DNA from: Nitrososphaerota archaeon | GTDB lineage: Archaea > Thermoproteota > Nitrososphaeria > Nitrososphaerales > Nitrosopumilaceae | DNA: 64,000 nucleotides | Assembly: GCA_028867755.1 (NCBI GenBank) | Contig: JAGWFT010000002.1 | Location: forward strand, 160,001 to 224,000 | Reading direction: 5' to 3' | In this document: positions 48,837-58,662 of the stretch, one piece after another | Position numbering within the stretch: the stretch's first letter is position 1 | How the letters are laid out: the number at the start of each line of letters is the position of its first letter | Notes under the pieces: model-generated | The model's input: the letters and a program-made list of their open reading frames with translations, nothing else | Database searches by the model: none | What the model was told of the DNA's origin: nothing | Translations under genes and position numbers: made by a program

Positions 48837-49523
48837 TTAAAGCTTAAACTCTGACTTGAAATTTTGGTAAAATGCTTGCATGTTGTTTTGTACGGCATCA
48901 ATGTTTTCAGGAATGCCCTTGAGTATGTCTTCAGGCTTGATGTATGGTACTGTACTTAGCTCTTCTTTTGATTTATCGAGCCACAACTGTATTGTAGATT
49001 GGTCTACCTCAAGATGAAACTGTATCCCTACTGCGCTTCCAATCTTTATTGCTTGATTCTGGTAATCTTTCGAGTGTGCAAGCCTGATCGCATTTTTGGG
49101 CAGAGAAAACGTATCTCCGTGCCAATGAAATACAGTGGCAGGACTTGATATTCCCTGAAACAGTCTTGACTCTGTATGCTCAAACTTGATATCATGGTAG
49201 AACCCAATCTCTTTTCTCTTGCCTTGGTAGACCGTGGCGCCAAACGCCTTGGCAATAAGCTGCGATCCAAGGCATATTCCTAGAACCGGTATATCCTTTT
49301 TGACCGAGTCTTGGATCAAAGCCAACTCTTCTTTCAGGTAAGGGAGGTCATCGTTTGCACTCTCAGGGGCACCAAGTATTACTATAACACGCGGGTTAAT
49401 GGACGGAATTTTTTCTTTCTTGGCAAGAACTGTTGTGATTCCAAAACCGTCTTTTTCAAACAACCTGCCAAGTGTGGCAATCCCTTCATTTCTTGTATTT
49501 TGTATTACCAGTACATCTGACAC
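48837..49523 (-). CDS. Class I glutamine amidotransferase (GMP-synthase-like)
   Basis: LGICLGSQL, HWHGDTF, QFHLE. Confidence 0.88.
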   Translation of the reverse strand: MSDVLVIQNTRNEGIATLGRLFEKDGFGITTVLAKKEKIPSINPRVIVILGAPESANDDLPYLKEELALIQDSVKKDIPVLGICLGSQLIAKAFGATVYQGKRKEIGFYHDIKFEHTESRLFQGISSPATVFHWHGDTFSLPKNAIRLAHSKDYQNQAIKIGSAVGIQFHLEVDQSTIQLWLDKSKEELSTVPYIKPEDILKGIPENIDAVQNNMQAFYQNFKSEFKL

Positions 49524-49572
49524 GAATAAATTTTTGAAAATTGCTTAATATGTTTTAGTTCCAAGTGGTATT

Positions 49573-49983
49573 ATGGACATAGACGAGTCAGAAATATCCG
49601 ATATACGGGATTTTATCGAGTCTCTTAACTCAAAAAAAGACAGCATCGTAGTAGTGGAGGGAAAAAGAGACGAGGATGCTTTGAAGAAACTTGGGTTTTC
49701 TGGTAACGTCTGCCAGTTTCATAACTTCAAGGGACTGGTAAAATTTGTAGACTCGATGCCTTGGTCCAAGACTTTGATCATATTGCTTGACTTGGACAGG
49801 AAAGGGTCGTATCTTACCAAAAGAATAATCACTCATCTTGCACATCGCATGACAGTTGATCTATCTTTTAGGCGCAAGCTTGTCGTAATAACAAAAGGCA
49901 AGGTACGTCATATCGAGGATCTGTCTTTGTACTCTGAGGCATTCAATAAGCACTTATATCTGCCCTTTGGGAACCTTAAGTGA
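49573..49983 (+). CDS. Small TOPRIM-domain protein (RNase M5-like)
   Basis: VVVEGKRD, LLDLDRKG. Confidence 0.85.
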   Translation: MDIDESEISDIRDFIESLNSKKDSIVVVEGKRDEDALKKLGFSGNVCQFHNFKGLVKFVDSMPWSKTLIILLDLDRKGSYLTKRIITHLAHRMTVDLSFRRKLVVITKGKVRHIEDLSLYSEAFNKHLYLPFGNLK

Positions 49984-50005
49984 TAAAAATTAAGAGGTTA
50001 ATGAA

Positions 50006-51151
50006 TTGCCATATAGTGGAATTGTCAAGTATCACGTTAAGCTCAGCTTTGACGTCGATGGACTCGTTGAAAAAGCAGATATCATAGGAGCAATTTTTGG
50101 CCAAACAGAAGGACTGCTAGGGCCAGAGATGAATCTAAACGAACTCCAGAAGGTGTCAAAGGTAGGACGAATAGAGGTCAACACTACGAGTACGACTAAT
50201 CAAACAAAAGGAGATGCCTTGATTCCTATGAGTACTGATATCAACACTGCTGCACTTATTGCAGCTGCAATAGAAAGTATTGATAAAGTAGGTCCATTCC
50301 AGGCGCACTTTAAACTCGAAGCAATAGAAGATGTTCGCTCTGCAAAAAAGAAAGAGATTGTTGACAGGGCAAAACAGATTGTCCAGAAATGGTCAACAAA
50401 GACAATTAGCGAAGGAGAGGAGATGCTAAAGGATGTTCAAGAGGTAACATCATCTGGAAAACTTGTTACATTTGGAAAAGAAAAACTTGCATGCGGTTCT
50501 GGTGTCTTTGACGCACCATGGGTGATTCTAGTAGAAGGAAGAGCAGATGTGATAAATCTATTACGAGCAGGCTTTGATAACGCACTTGCAATAGAGGGAG
50601 CAAGAATTGACGAGTCTATCAAGTCACTTTGCGAATCAAAGCAAAAAGTTGTAGCATTTCTTGACGGTGACAGAGCAGGAGGCTTTATACTAAAAGAATT
50701 AAAATCACTTGTAAATGTTGATGTGGTGCACCGCGCGCCAGAGGGTGTAGAAGTAGAAGAACTTACTCCAATACAGATTGCTGAGATCCTAAAGGATACG
50801 GCAGAAGAGATGAAAAAAGAGACTGCCAAACCAAAACTCCAGGATCCAAAAGACGAGCCAATTGCAAATATTGTGAAAAAAGTATATGCTGATCTTAACG
50901 AGTCACTTGAGGCAGTAGCGCTAGATGAGGGACTCAATAGTGTATTCAAGGTGCCTGTAAGCGAGATAGTATCAAAACTTTCTCCAGGTTCTGGAATAAA
51001 GTACCTTGTGTTAGACGGTATCATAACACAGAGACTCGTTGACTCGGCAAAACAAGCAGGAATAGAGTGTATCGTAGGACACAGGAGTGCCAACCTTAAA
51101 TCAGCAGATGGGTTGACACTGAAAACATTTACAGAGCTTGGTATTGCATAA
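50006..51151 (+). CDS. dnaG: Archaeal DnaG (exosome-associated primase-like protein)
   Basis: GAIFGQTEGLLG, GRIEV, VEGRADV, FLDGDRAG, DG.ITQRL. Confidence 0.93.
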   Translation: MPYSGIVKYHVKLSFDVDGLVEKADIIGAIFGQTEGLLGPEMNLNELQKVSKVGRIEVNTTSTTNQTKGDALIPMSTDINTAALIAAAIESIDKVGPFQAHFKLEAIEDVRSAKKKEIVDRAKQIVQKWSTKTISEGEEMLKDVQEVTSSGKLVTFGKEKLACGSGVFDAPWVILVEGRADVINLLRAGFDNALAIEGARIDESIKSLCESKQKVVAFLDGDRAGGFILKELKSLVNVDVVHRAPEGVEVEELTPIQIAEILKDTAEEMKKETAKPKLQDPKDEPIANIVKKVYADLNESLEAVALDEGLNSVFKVPVSEIVSKLSPGSGIKYLVLDGIITQRLVDSAKQAGIECIVGHRSANLKSADGLTLKTFTELGIA

Positions 51152-51156
51152 AATCA

Positions 51157-51852
51157 ATGCCGGAACTTAAACTACAACACATACTAACACTTGCAGAATT
51201 ATTCGCCAAGGGTGCTCGTTACAATTTCATTCCAATAACAACCTCGTCTCTTGGAAAAAGCATCCACAAGTCTCAGCAAGCTGCATCAAAACATCTCTTG
51301 GAACTGGAATCAGATGGATATATTGAGAGGTTAAGGACTGGACCCAAAGTATCAGTCAGGATTACGACCAAGGGACATGCAGAAATGTCAAAAATTTTTT
51401 CTGCACTAAAATCAAGTCTTGAAACCTTTCCATCATATGTAGAGTTCAAAGGTGTAATAATTTCCGGGATGGGAGAGGGGGCGTACTATATGTCAATGAA
51501 AGGATATACAAAACAATTCAAGTCAAAGCTTGGATACATTCCATTTCCTGGAACACTAAACGTAAAACTAAAAGACCGTGAGTTTATCGAAGCAAAACGA
51601 TCACTTGATGTACATCCTGCAATAATGGTAAACGGTTTTTCTGATGGCAAGCGAACCTATGGCTGGGTCAAGTGCTATCCTGCAAAGGTTAACAATATTG
51701 TGGATGCTGCACTGATTTTGCTTGAAAGAACACACCACGATGATTCCATAATAGAGCTCATCTCAAAAGAGAACATCAAAAAATCGATAAAACTTTCAAC
51801 AGGTTCTCAGGTTACGATTCGGGTAAATGTAAAACCCAAAACTATACAGTGA
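51157..51852 (+). CDS. ribK: CTP-dependent riboflavin kinase with N-terminal wHTH (RibK/RbkR)
   Basis: SQQAASKHL HTH; SGMGEG.YY, PFPGTLN, ERTHH. Confidence 0.9.
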   Translation: MPELKLQHILTLAELFAKGARYNFIPITTSSLGKSIHKSQQAASKHLLELESDGYIERLRTGPKVSVRITTKGHAEMSKIFSALKSSLETFPSYVEFKGVIISGMGEGAYYMSMKGYTKQFKSKLGYIPFPGTLNVKLKDREFIEAKRSLDVHPAIMVNGFSDGKRTYGWVKCYPAKVNNIVDAALILLERTHHDDSIIELISKENIKKSIKLSTGSQVTIRVNVKPKTIQ

Positions 51853-51865
51853 TTATACATCAAAC

Positions 51866-52492
51866 TCAGAGACCATAGATAGATTTTCCGTAATCGCTTT
51901 CTATCTTTGAGCTCTTAATGTCAGGTATTGGTGACTGGAGCCTTGCAATTGATACCTCAACTCCTATCTTTTTGCATCCATCTATGATGAATTTCTCTTG
52001 GTGTATCTGGTCATATCCCAGTGCTATGATGTCAGGTCTTACTTTTTCCACAGTCCTGAATATGTCTCCTTCGCGGCCAACTACTGCATAGTCTACTGTT
52101 GATAATGAGCTGACAAGATCCCTTCGCAATTCCATGTTGTGCAGAGGCATTCGTTTTTTCATCTTTTGTGCTGTGGTATCAGTTGCAACCACCACAACTA
52201 GGACATTACCAAGAGCTCTTGCACCCCTTAGTGTGTGTATGTGTCCTGGATGTATGATGTCAAAGACGCCTCCTGCAAGCACAACCCTAATCGAGCCTCG
52301 TCCAAGATCGGTAAGTGTCCTGTCTTTTTCAATAAAGCCATTTTTTTCAAGAGAGTCTAGTCTGCTTGAGATATAGTCATTGCTGACAGATAGTTTCTTT
52401 CTAATTGTCTCTAGAGGATCTTCTCCTGAAAGTGACGAGACATAGCACGCTGAAATTAATTCCTTGTCAAATGCGTCCAAGTGTACCATCAA
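51866..52492 (-). CDS. ribL: FAD synthetase (cytidylyltransferase family) with an N-terminal wHTH-like extension
   Basis: GGVFDIIHPGH, RPD.IALGYDQ; about 65-aa N-terminal extension ending LT.LG. Confidence 0.8.
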   Translation of the reverse strand: MMVHLDAFDKELISACYVSSLSGEDPLETIRKKLSVSNDYISSRLDSLEKNGFIEKDRTLTDLGRGSIRVVLAGGVFDIIHPGHIHTLRGARALGNVLVVVVATDTTAQKMKKRMPLHNMELRRDLVSSLSTVDYAVVGREGDIFRTVEKVRPDIIALGYDQIHQEKFIIDGCKKIGVEVSIARLQSPIPDIKSSKIESDYGKSIYGL

Positions 52493-52518
52493 GGATCCAG
52501 TTTTACCACTTCATTAAT

Positions 52519-53556
52519 CTATGTCCATGGGTCTATGCCCTTGGACAGGCGCAGTGCATCAATCAACCCCTCTGCATACCCAATGCTAAGTATTGCAAGC
52601 TCTTCTTTTCCTTCACTTTGAAATTTTTCAGCATCATCGATATACAGCTGCGCATTTTCTATGACAGGCTGTAAGTTTCTGTCATCTTTGAACATCTTGA
52701 TTACCTCGTCTAGTGCCCTTCTTGCCTTTGGAACATATTTTGTAATCATCTGATCTGATATTTTTTGAATCTTTGATGAATTGTCAAATGGCTCGTCAAG
52801 ACATTTGGCAAACGCCTTGAGCGCATCTGTTTCTGTAAAATGCATCCTTCCTGGAATGATTATTGTATGCGGAGGTTTTCCAAAATCAATCTTGGCAAGA
52901 CTTGATAGTTTTCCAGCTGTTATGTTCTGAGATTTTGAACCAATTCTTGAAGCTATTATGGCATACATTGAATCATCTATGACACTTCGCTTTTGTTCTT
53001 TTTCTGCAAACAAGAGGCTCGAGATTGCATCTTTTGGATCTAAAAAGAAATTTTCAATGCTACTGTATTCAAGTATCAAAATACTGTGTGCACCCTTTAT
53101 GAGATTCTCGTAGATAGTATAGTATACGGTACTCCAAGACTGCTGCTCTCTCATTACCGTTACAGGGCGTCCAATCTTGTAATACTGCAGCCCACACTCG
53201 CCAACAAGGGATGGGATTGCAGATGCTGCATGCACGGTCTTGGTTCTTATCTTTTCAAGCTCTGCTCTTGTTCGAAGCTCGATATGGGTGGTCGCAATGT
53301 AAGGATCACCATATGCAAGAAGGACGACTGTCTTTTTCTTGGCCTCGGCAAGAATTGTCTTTCCGTCCTCCACTAGCCACCGTGGAGCAACCCGAAACCT
53401 GTTTTTGACAAGTTTTTTTATTTTAGACTGGTCACTTTTTGGTATAGGGCTAGTAAAGTTCTCAAAGAATACCACATCAGCTTTTTTTAAAATCTTAATA
53501 GTATCAGGACTTGTCCCATCGATTCCAGATATTCCAAGACCAATAAACCACAGCAT
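52519..53556 (-). CDS. dph5: Diphthine synthase fused to a C-terminal DUF357-like domain
   Basis: LWFIGLG, ENFTS, GDP.IATTH, GLQYYK.G, PPHT.IIPG; tail A..YI.DA..F...G...LA..SIGYAEG.IDA. Confidence 0.88.
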   Translation of the reverse strand: MLWFIGLGISGIDGTSPDTIKILKKADVVFFENFTSPIPKSDQSKIKKLVKNRFRVAPRWLVEDGKTILAEAKKKTVVLLAYGDPYIATTHIELRTRAELEKIRTKTVHAASAIPSLVGECGLQYYKIGRPVTVMREQQSWSTVYYTIYENLIKGAHSILILEYSSIENFFLDPKDAISSLLFAEKEQKRSVIDDSMYAIIASRIGSKSQNITAGKLSSLAKIDFGKPPHTIIIPGRMHFTETDALKAFAKCLDEPFDNSSKIQKISDQMITKYVPKARRALDEVIKMFKDDRNLQPVIENAQLYIDDAEKFQSEGKEELAILSIGYAEGLIDALRLSKGIDPWT

Positions 53557-53598
53557 AGCAAGAATCTTTTCGTTGTATATTTTGATGTTCGTTTTGTG

Positions 53599-54735
53599 TT
53601 ACTTGCCAGAATCCTTTTGGTTTACGTGCAATCTCTTTAGGTGATACAGCATTTGCTTGAAGACCTCGATGCTTCGAAGATATTCATCTGTTGATACACG
53701 CTCATCAACTGTATGTGATGCATGGGGGTCACCTGGGCCATATGTTACAACTGGAATGTTCAACGAGTTTCCAATGATGTTCATGTCGCCTGTCCCAGTC
53801 TTTCTTATGAGCTGAGGCCTTGACTTTTCAACATCTAGTATTCCAAGTGTTAGTGCCCTAACAAGCGGAGAATTATGCGGCGCCTCAAATGGCTCTGTCT
53901 CGTCTAGAACAGAATAAAACGCATTGACTCCTTGTTTTTTGGCAACCTCTTGGACTGTTGTTGCAATTTTTTCTCCAACCATTTTGCAGTTCATGTCTAC
54001 TGGAATTCTGATATCCATGATAGCATCGCACTCTACTGCAGTTACGTTGTGGCTTGTTCCTCCCTTTATCTCAGTGATCACAGCAGTAAGCATCATACTT
54101 TTTGCTTTGCCATTTTGGTCTCCTTCCAGGGCTTGCTTGATTGCAGAGGTAAAGACATAAGATTCCTCGATTGCATTTTTTGCAAGCCATGGAGCACTGG
54201 CATGTGCACTATCCCCTACATTGATTTTGAGGTTGATGGCAATTCTTCCCTTGTATGCAATGGTGATGTTTCTAATGCTGCTAGGCTCGCCAAAAATTGC
54301 ATAATCGATATCAAGTTTTTGTTTTACTAAGCTCTTAATTCCAGTTGCATTTCCTTCCTCATCTACTACGGCAGCAAAGACTACAGTTCCGTTATCGTTG
54401 TGCGCCGAAGCAGCTGCTAGAAGCATGGCCATTAGTGGTGCCTTTGCATCAGAAGCTCCCCTTCCGTATATGTGACCGTTATCATTTCTAACCTTTATCT
54501 TTCCTGGCACTGTATCCATGTGGCCGCAAAGAAGTATCTTCGGAGAGCCAGAGCCCTTTGTTGCAATAAGGTTTCCTACATCGTCAATGCGAATGTTCTC
54601 AAAGCCCAAGTCATCGCACTTGTCTGCTAGAAATTCGGCAAGCGGCTTTTCAGAAAGTGATGGTGTGTAAAGCCTTAGAGCCTGCTCTAGCATCTTTACT
54701 GAAAATCTTGGTGTGATGGTAATTGAAGAGTCCAA
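53599..54735 (-). CDS. lysK: [LysW]-lysine/[LysW]-ornithine hydrolase (M20)
   Basis: CGHMDTV, GRGASDAK, VDEEG, GEPS, GTGDMN, YGPGD...SHT; inside the lys cluster. Confidence 0.9.
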   Translation of the reverse strand: MDSSITITPRFSVKMLEQALRLYTPSLSEKPLAEFLADKCDDLGFENIRIDDVGNLIATKGSGSPKILLCGHMDTVPGKIKVRNDNGHIYGRGASDAKAPLMAMLLAAASAHNDNGTVVFAAVVDEEGNATGIKSLVKQKLDIDYAIFGEPSSIRNITIAYKGRIAINLKINVGDSAHASAPWLAKNAIEESYVFTSAIKQALEGDQNGKAKSMMLTAVITEIKGGTSHNVTAVECDAIMDIRIPVDMNCKMVGEKIATTVQEVAKKQGVNAFYSVLDETEPFEAPHNSPLVRALTLGILDVEKSRPQLIRKTGTGDMNIIGNSLNIPVVTYGPGDPHASHTVDERVSTDEYLRSIEVFKQMLYHLKRLHVNQKDSGK

Positions 54736-54738
54736 TTC

Positions 54739-55587
54739 TTATTTTCTCGATTGTGTTGCGTAGTCTATCATCAAGGCTGGTATATCTACGCCAGTAACCC
54801 TTACGGTATTTTTGTATTCCGTTGTGTTGTTAACCTCGTGAACTACCAGGCCATTTTCCTTGCTTTCCATTAGATCAACGCCTACTATCTGCCCTTGTAC
54901 AGCATTTTTTGCCTTTATGCAAATGTCTTCGAGTTCCTTTGTCACTTTCATGGGCTCTGCCTTGCCGCCTAGCGCCATGTTTGTCTTCCACTGTCCCTCA
55001 CCAGAATAGCGGTATATTGCAGCAACAACCTTGTCGCCTATCATTATTGCTCTAATGTCGCGGGGAGGTCTGTTGACAAATTCTTCGAGATAATACACTT
55101 GATAAATTGGATACATTGATTCCCGTGTCTCCATTATTCCTTGTGCAGAATCACGGTCATTTAGCAGTGCTATCATCCTTCCCCAGCTTCCAACAGTTGG
55201 TTTTAGAACCATCGGGTATCCCCTTTTTTCTAAAAGTTCTAGTGCAGCTTCTTCAGAGAATGCGACTGCACTAAATGGAGTTGGGATACCGTTCTTTACT
55301 AATAACATGTGGGTGAAGAGCTTGTTTCCAGCAAATATGCTGGTGTTAAGTCCATTGATGACATTGACTCCTTTTCCTTCAAGTGCTGCTGTAGAATGAA
55401 GACTGCGATAATAGCTTACACATCTTTGTATGGCAGTACCATACTCTTCTTTGCTTTTGTCCAAATTGATGAATAAACTCTTGCAATCAACCATCTTTGC
55501 TTCGACGCCCTTTTTCCTTGCGGCATCGAACAGAGCTTTTTCTTCCCACCTGATGGTATCGTAGAGTATCGATAGAACCGAGCTCAC
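54739..55587 (-). CDS. lysX: Alpha-aminoadipate--LysW ligase (lysine-type ATP-grasp)
   Basis: QRCVSY, KP..GSWGR, RDIR, W.TN.ALG, EVNNTTEYKNT; the N-T signature is recalled as LysX-type. Confidence 0.88.
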   Translation of the reverse strand: MSSVLSILYDTIRWEEKALFDAARKKGVEAKMVDCKSLFINLDKSKEEYGTAIQRCVSYYRSLHSTAALEGKGVNVINGLNTSIFAGNKLFTHMLLVKNGIPTPFSAVAFSEEAALELLEKRGYPMVLKPTVGSWGRMIALLNDRDSAQGIMETRESMYPIYQVYYLEEFVNRPPRDIRAIMIGDKVVAAIYRYSGEGQWKTNMALGGKAEPMKVTKELEDICIKAKNAVQGQIVGVDLMESKENGLVVHEVNNTTEYKNTVRVTGVDIPALMIDYATQSRK

Positions 55588-55748
55588 TGGCCCCAGTCCT
55601 CACCAACAGTTTGTGCTGGTTTTAACTCAAAGCCTGAGGATCCTTTGGATAACTCAAAACTTGCACCACAGTCTGGGCAAGTCACAATCTCTCCCTCCAT
55701 CGAATCTTTTGGGGGGTTGATATTGGCATCACATTCTGGACATTTCAT
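55584..55748 (-). CDS. lysW: LysW amino-group carrier protein with C-terminus EDWGQ (54 aa, not in ORF track)
   Basis: MKCPECDANINPPKDSMEGEIVTCPDCGASFELSKGSSGFELKPAQTVGEDWGQ*; last sense codon CAG. Confidence 0.92.
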   Translation of the reverse strand: MKCPECDANINPPKDSMEGEIVTCPDCGASFELSKGSSGFELKPAQTVGEDWGQ

Positions 55749-55749
55749 A

Positions 55750-56940
55750 TTATTTACCTGTCTTTACCTTAACTTTGGTGTCATTAATTATCTTTCTTTC
55801 AAGCCTGTCATCAAGCGGTATCTCAAGCAGGTCTCCCATCCTTAGGTCCTTGAGGCCTGCTGCCACCTTCTTTGCGTGTTCTTCATCTTGGTCAAGACCT
55901 AAAAGCGACATGAGATATGCTGCACCATTCTTGCCTGCAAGCTCGCCAAATACTATTTTTCTCCTGTTGCCCACTACCTTTGGTTCAATTGGTTCGTATG
56001 CTGCGGGATTTCGAAGAATTGCAGCCAAGTGAGTTCCTGCCTTGTGTTTGTATGCGGTTGCACCAACAACTGGCTTGGAGTCATATGGTACAATTCCTGT
56101 ATATTGCTCAATTAGTCTTGAGAGGTCCATGAGCATATCAAGCCTGAAATTATTTGGAGATTTGTAAAGATAGGTAAGTGTTACAGCTGTTTCTGCAAGT
56201 GCTGGTATCCCGGTCCTTTCGCCAATACCGTCGATGGTTGTATGTATCTGGTCGGCTCCTGCATCACATCCTGCAAGTGCGTTTGCTAGTGCTAGTCCCA
56301 TGTCATTGTGGCAGTGCACGTCAAGTGGAGTCTTGATTTTCTCGCGAACTGTCTTTACAAGATTGTACATGCCGTTAGGTCTCATTATTCCAACAGTATC
56401 AGGTATGCTGATTCTGTCAACACCTGCATCTGAGATCTCTTTGCAAACCTTGAGGAGAAACTCTGGATCAGCCCTGCTTCCGTCTTCCACTGTAAATCGC
56501 ATCTTAAACCCATGTGACTTGGCATACTCGACTGTCTCGACTGCCCTTTGCAATGCCTCTTCTCTTGTAATTCTAAGCTTGTCTTTCATGTGTATGTCTG
56601 AGATTCCAAGATATGTTGCCATCCACGTGGCATCACACTCTAGTGCAATATCTACATCTTCTTTGAGGGCACGCACGTGAGCTACAATGTCTGCCTTGAG
56701 TCCTTGCTTGATTATTGTCTTGGTGGCCTCTTTGTGATCTGGCGATATTACAGGTGAAATCTCAATTTGGTCAACTCCAAAATAATCAAGCATCCATGCA
56801 ATCTGGATTCTTTGTTTGTTAGAAAACGTAACCCCTGGGTGCTGCTCTCCTTCTCGCAGTGTACTATCCAAGATATGGATCTTCTTTGGTTTTTGTCCAA
56901 TCTCGTTATACTTGTATGCGTAATAATTCGGATCGTCCAT
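55750..56940 (-). CDS. Homocitrate synthase / isopropylmalate-synthase-family protein (probably homocitrate synthase)
   Basis: DSTLREGEQ, PDTVG, H.HND.G.A.AN, GIGERTG, HKAGTH; directly upstream of lysW-lysX-lysK. Confidence 0.8.
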   Translation of the reverse strand: MDDPNYYAYKYNEIGQKPKKIHILDSTLREGEQHPGVTFSNKQRIQIAWMLDYFGVDQIEISPVISPDHKEATKTIIKQGLKADIVAHVRALKEDVDIALECDATWMATYLGISDIHMKDKLRITREEALQRAVETVEYAKSHGFKMRFTVEDGSRADPEFLLKVCKEISDAGVDRISIPDTVGIMRPNGMYNLVKTVREKIKTPLDVHCHNDMGLALANALAGCDAGADQIHTTIDGIGERTGIPALAETAVTLTYLYKSPNNFRLDMLMDLSRLIEQYTGIVPYDSKPVVGATAYKHKAGTHLAAILRNPAAYEPIEPKVVGNRRKIVFGELAGKNGAAYLMSLLGLDQDEEHAKKVAAGLKDLRMGDLLEIPLDDRLERKIINDTKVKVKTGK

Positions 56941-57056
56941 TACTGAATCAGTATCAAAATTTTGGAAATATAAACATATTCGTACAGGTTTCGGCTATTT
57001 TTGTAGCTTTTCCGACGGTTTTCGTGAAATGCAGAAAATTAAAGCCGAACTTCGTT

Positions 57057-57476
57057 TTATGATACAGTTCTTAGTATGATGACAGTGTTTGTGTCAAAAA
57101 CACCGGGTACCTTGCGTAGTGCATCTATGCATGCGTTAATCTCTGTGATGTTGGGAGCTCTGATAACTGTTGCAATGTCATACTGACCTGTTATCTCGTA
57201 AACTGTATGGACTCCTTGGAGTTTTGATAGTCTTGCTGAAACCTTTGATGTGTCTGTTGAGGAATCAACAGATATCAAAATTATTGCACTAGTTGAATTA
57301 CTGTCTCCAGTCTCGATCGTAAATTTTTTTATTGTACCACCGTCGGTTAGGTTTTTTACTCTGCGCCTTACTGCAGACTCTGACAGTCCAAGCTTTTGGC
57401 CTATTTCTACAAAAGATTGTCTTGAATCTTTTTTTAGCATCTCAATTATTGTTTCGTCTGTCTTGTCTCTAGACAT
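57057..57476 (-). CDS. lysM: Lrp/AsnC regulator LysM
   Basis: D..II..L..DSR.SF.EIG..LGLSESAVRRRV, YEITG.YD; inside the lys/arg cluster. Confidence 0.85.
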   Translation of the reverse strand: MSRDKTDETIIEMLKKDSRQSFVEIGQKLGLSESAVRRRVKNLTDGGTIKKFTIETGDSNSTSAIILISVDSSTDTSKVSARLSKLQGVHTVYEITGQYDIATVIRAPNITEINACIDALRKVPGVFDTNTVIILRTVS

Positions 57477-58662
57477 TTCTTCTTTGTACCTCTTTTGTTA
57501 GTATTATATCTAGAGTTTCTAAAGTTTTGTTTATGTCAGACTCTGAAATGACAAGAGGAGGCAACAGTCTCAGTATGTTCTTTCCGGAATAGAGAAGAAG
57601 CAGGTTGTTTGCAATTCCGTCAAACAAGATATCTTTTACCTCAAACTTCATCTCAACTCCAATCATCAATCCCTTGCCACGAATCTCGCGAACTATCTTG
57701 TGTTTTTCTTTTAGTCTTTCCAGTCCCTCTCGGAAGAGCTTACCCATCTTGGCTGCGTTTTCGACCAGTCCATCTTCTGTCAGGGCCTGAATCGTAGCAA
57801 TTCCACCAGCACATGAAAGCGGGTTACCGCCAAAAGTTGATGACTGTTCTCCCTTTCCAATACATGCAAGAATCTCTGGCTTGACCAGAGTTGCACCCAT
57901 GGGCACTCCTCCTGCAATTCCCTTTGCAAGACACATCATATCTGGTGCTGTATCCCAGTGCTGGCTTGCCCACATTTTGCCAGTCCTTCCAAGACCTGCC
58001 TGGATCTCATCGAAGATCAAAACTGTTCCGTTCTCATTGCACAACTTTCTTACCTCTTGCAGAAAACCTTCTGGTGCCACATGGATTCCACTCTCTCCTT
58101 GAATTGGCTCTAGTATGACAAGTGCAGTATCAGGAGTCATTGCAGACTTGAGAGCCTCGATATCACCAAATGGAGTAAAGGAGACATTGCTTAGAAGAGG
58201 CTCAAAGGCCTTGCGATATTTTGGATTAAATGTAAGTGAGAGTGAACCAAATGACTTGCCGTGGTAAGAGCCGTTCATTGCAATCATTCCCTTCTTTCCT
58301 GTGAACTTACGTGCAAATTTTATTGCAGCTTCTACTGCCTCTGTGCCGCTGTTGTTTAGATATACCTGACCAAGACCAGGTAGTGAAATTTTAGCAAGTT
58401 TTTCAAGAAACTCTTCTCGGGTCTTGTTGTAAAGCGAACTGTGGACAGTGATTATTTTGTCAAGCTGTGACTTTAGTGCCTTTACTACACGCGGATTGCA
58501 GTGACCAACAAGGGCAACACCGTATCCTCCCATGCAATCGATGTACTCTTTTCCGTTAAGGTCCCAGACATGGGCCCCAAGTCCTCGCTCTATTGTTACA
58601 GGAAATCTTTGGTAAATATTTCCCATGAATTGGTCTTCTGTCATTTTGATATCACCGTACAA
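57469..58662 (-). CDS. lysJ: [LysW]-aminoadipate/glutamate semialdehyde aminotransferase
   Basis: NSGTEAVE, SYHG, EPIQGESG, DEIQAG.GRTG, LAKGIAGG, STFGGNP; probable start at ATG 58644. Confidence 0.9.
   Translation of the reverse strand: MYGDIKMTEDQFMGNIYQRFPVTIERGLGAHVWDLNGKEYIDCMGGYGVALVGHCNPRVVKALKSQLDKIITVHSSLYNKTREEFLEKLAKISLPGLGQVYLNNSGTEAVEAAIKFARKFTGKKGMIAMNGSYHGKSFGSLSLTFNPKYRKAFEPLLSNVSFTPFGDIEALKSAMTPDTALVILEPIQGESGIHVAPEGFLQEVRKLCNENGTVLIFDEIQAGLGRTGKMWASQHWDTAPDMMCLAKGIAGGVPMGATLVKPEILACIGKGEQSSTFGGNPLSCAGGIATIQALTEDGLVENAAKMGKLFREGLERLKEKHKIVREIRGKGLMIGVEMKFEVKDILFDGIANNLLLLYSGKNILRLLPPLVISESDINKTLETLDIILTKEVQRRNV

Noticed and set aside
50437-51093. Long antisense ORFs (also 5725..6054, 7714..8136, 56234..56680, 58960..59400 and others)
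   Set aside because: These are Ser/Phe-rich shadows opposite well-supported genes, as expected from codon bias.
56941-57056. Possible LysM (Lrp) operator upstream of homocitrate synthase
   Set aside because: Only weak semi-palindromes (e.g. CGTACAGGTTTCG, CGACGGTTTTCG); I cannot support a specific site without a motif scan.
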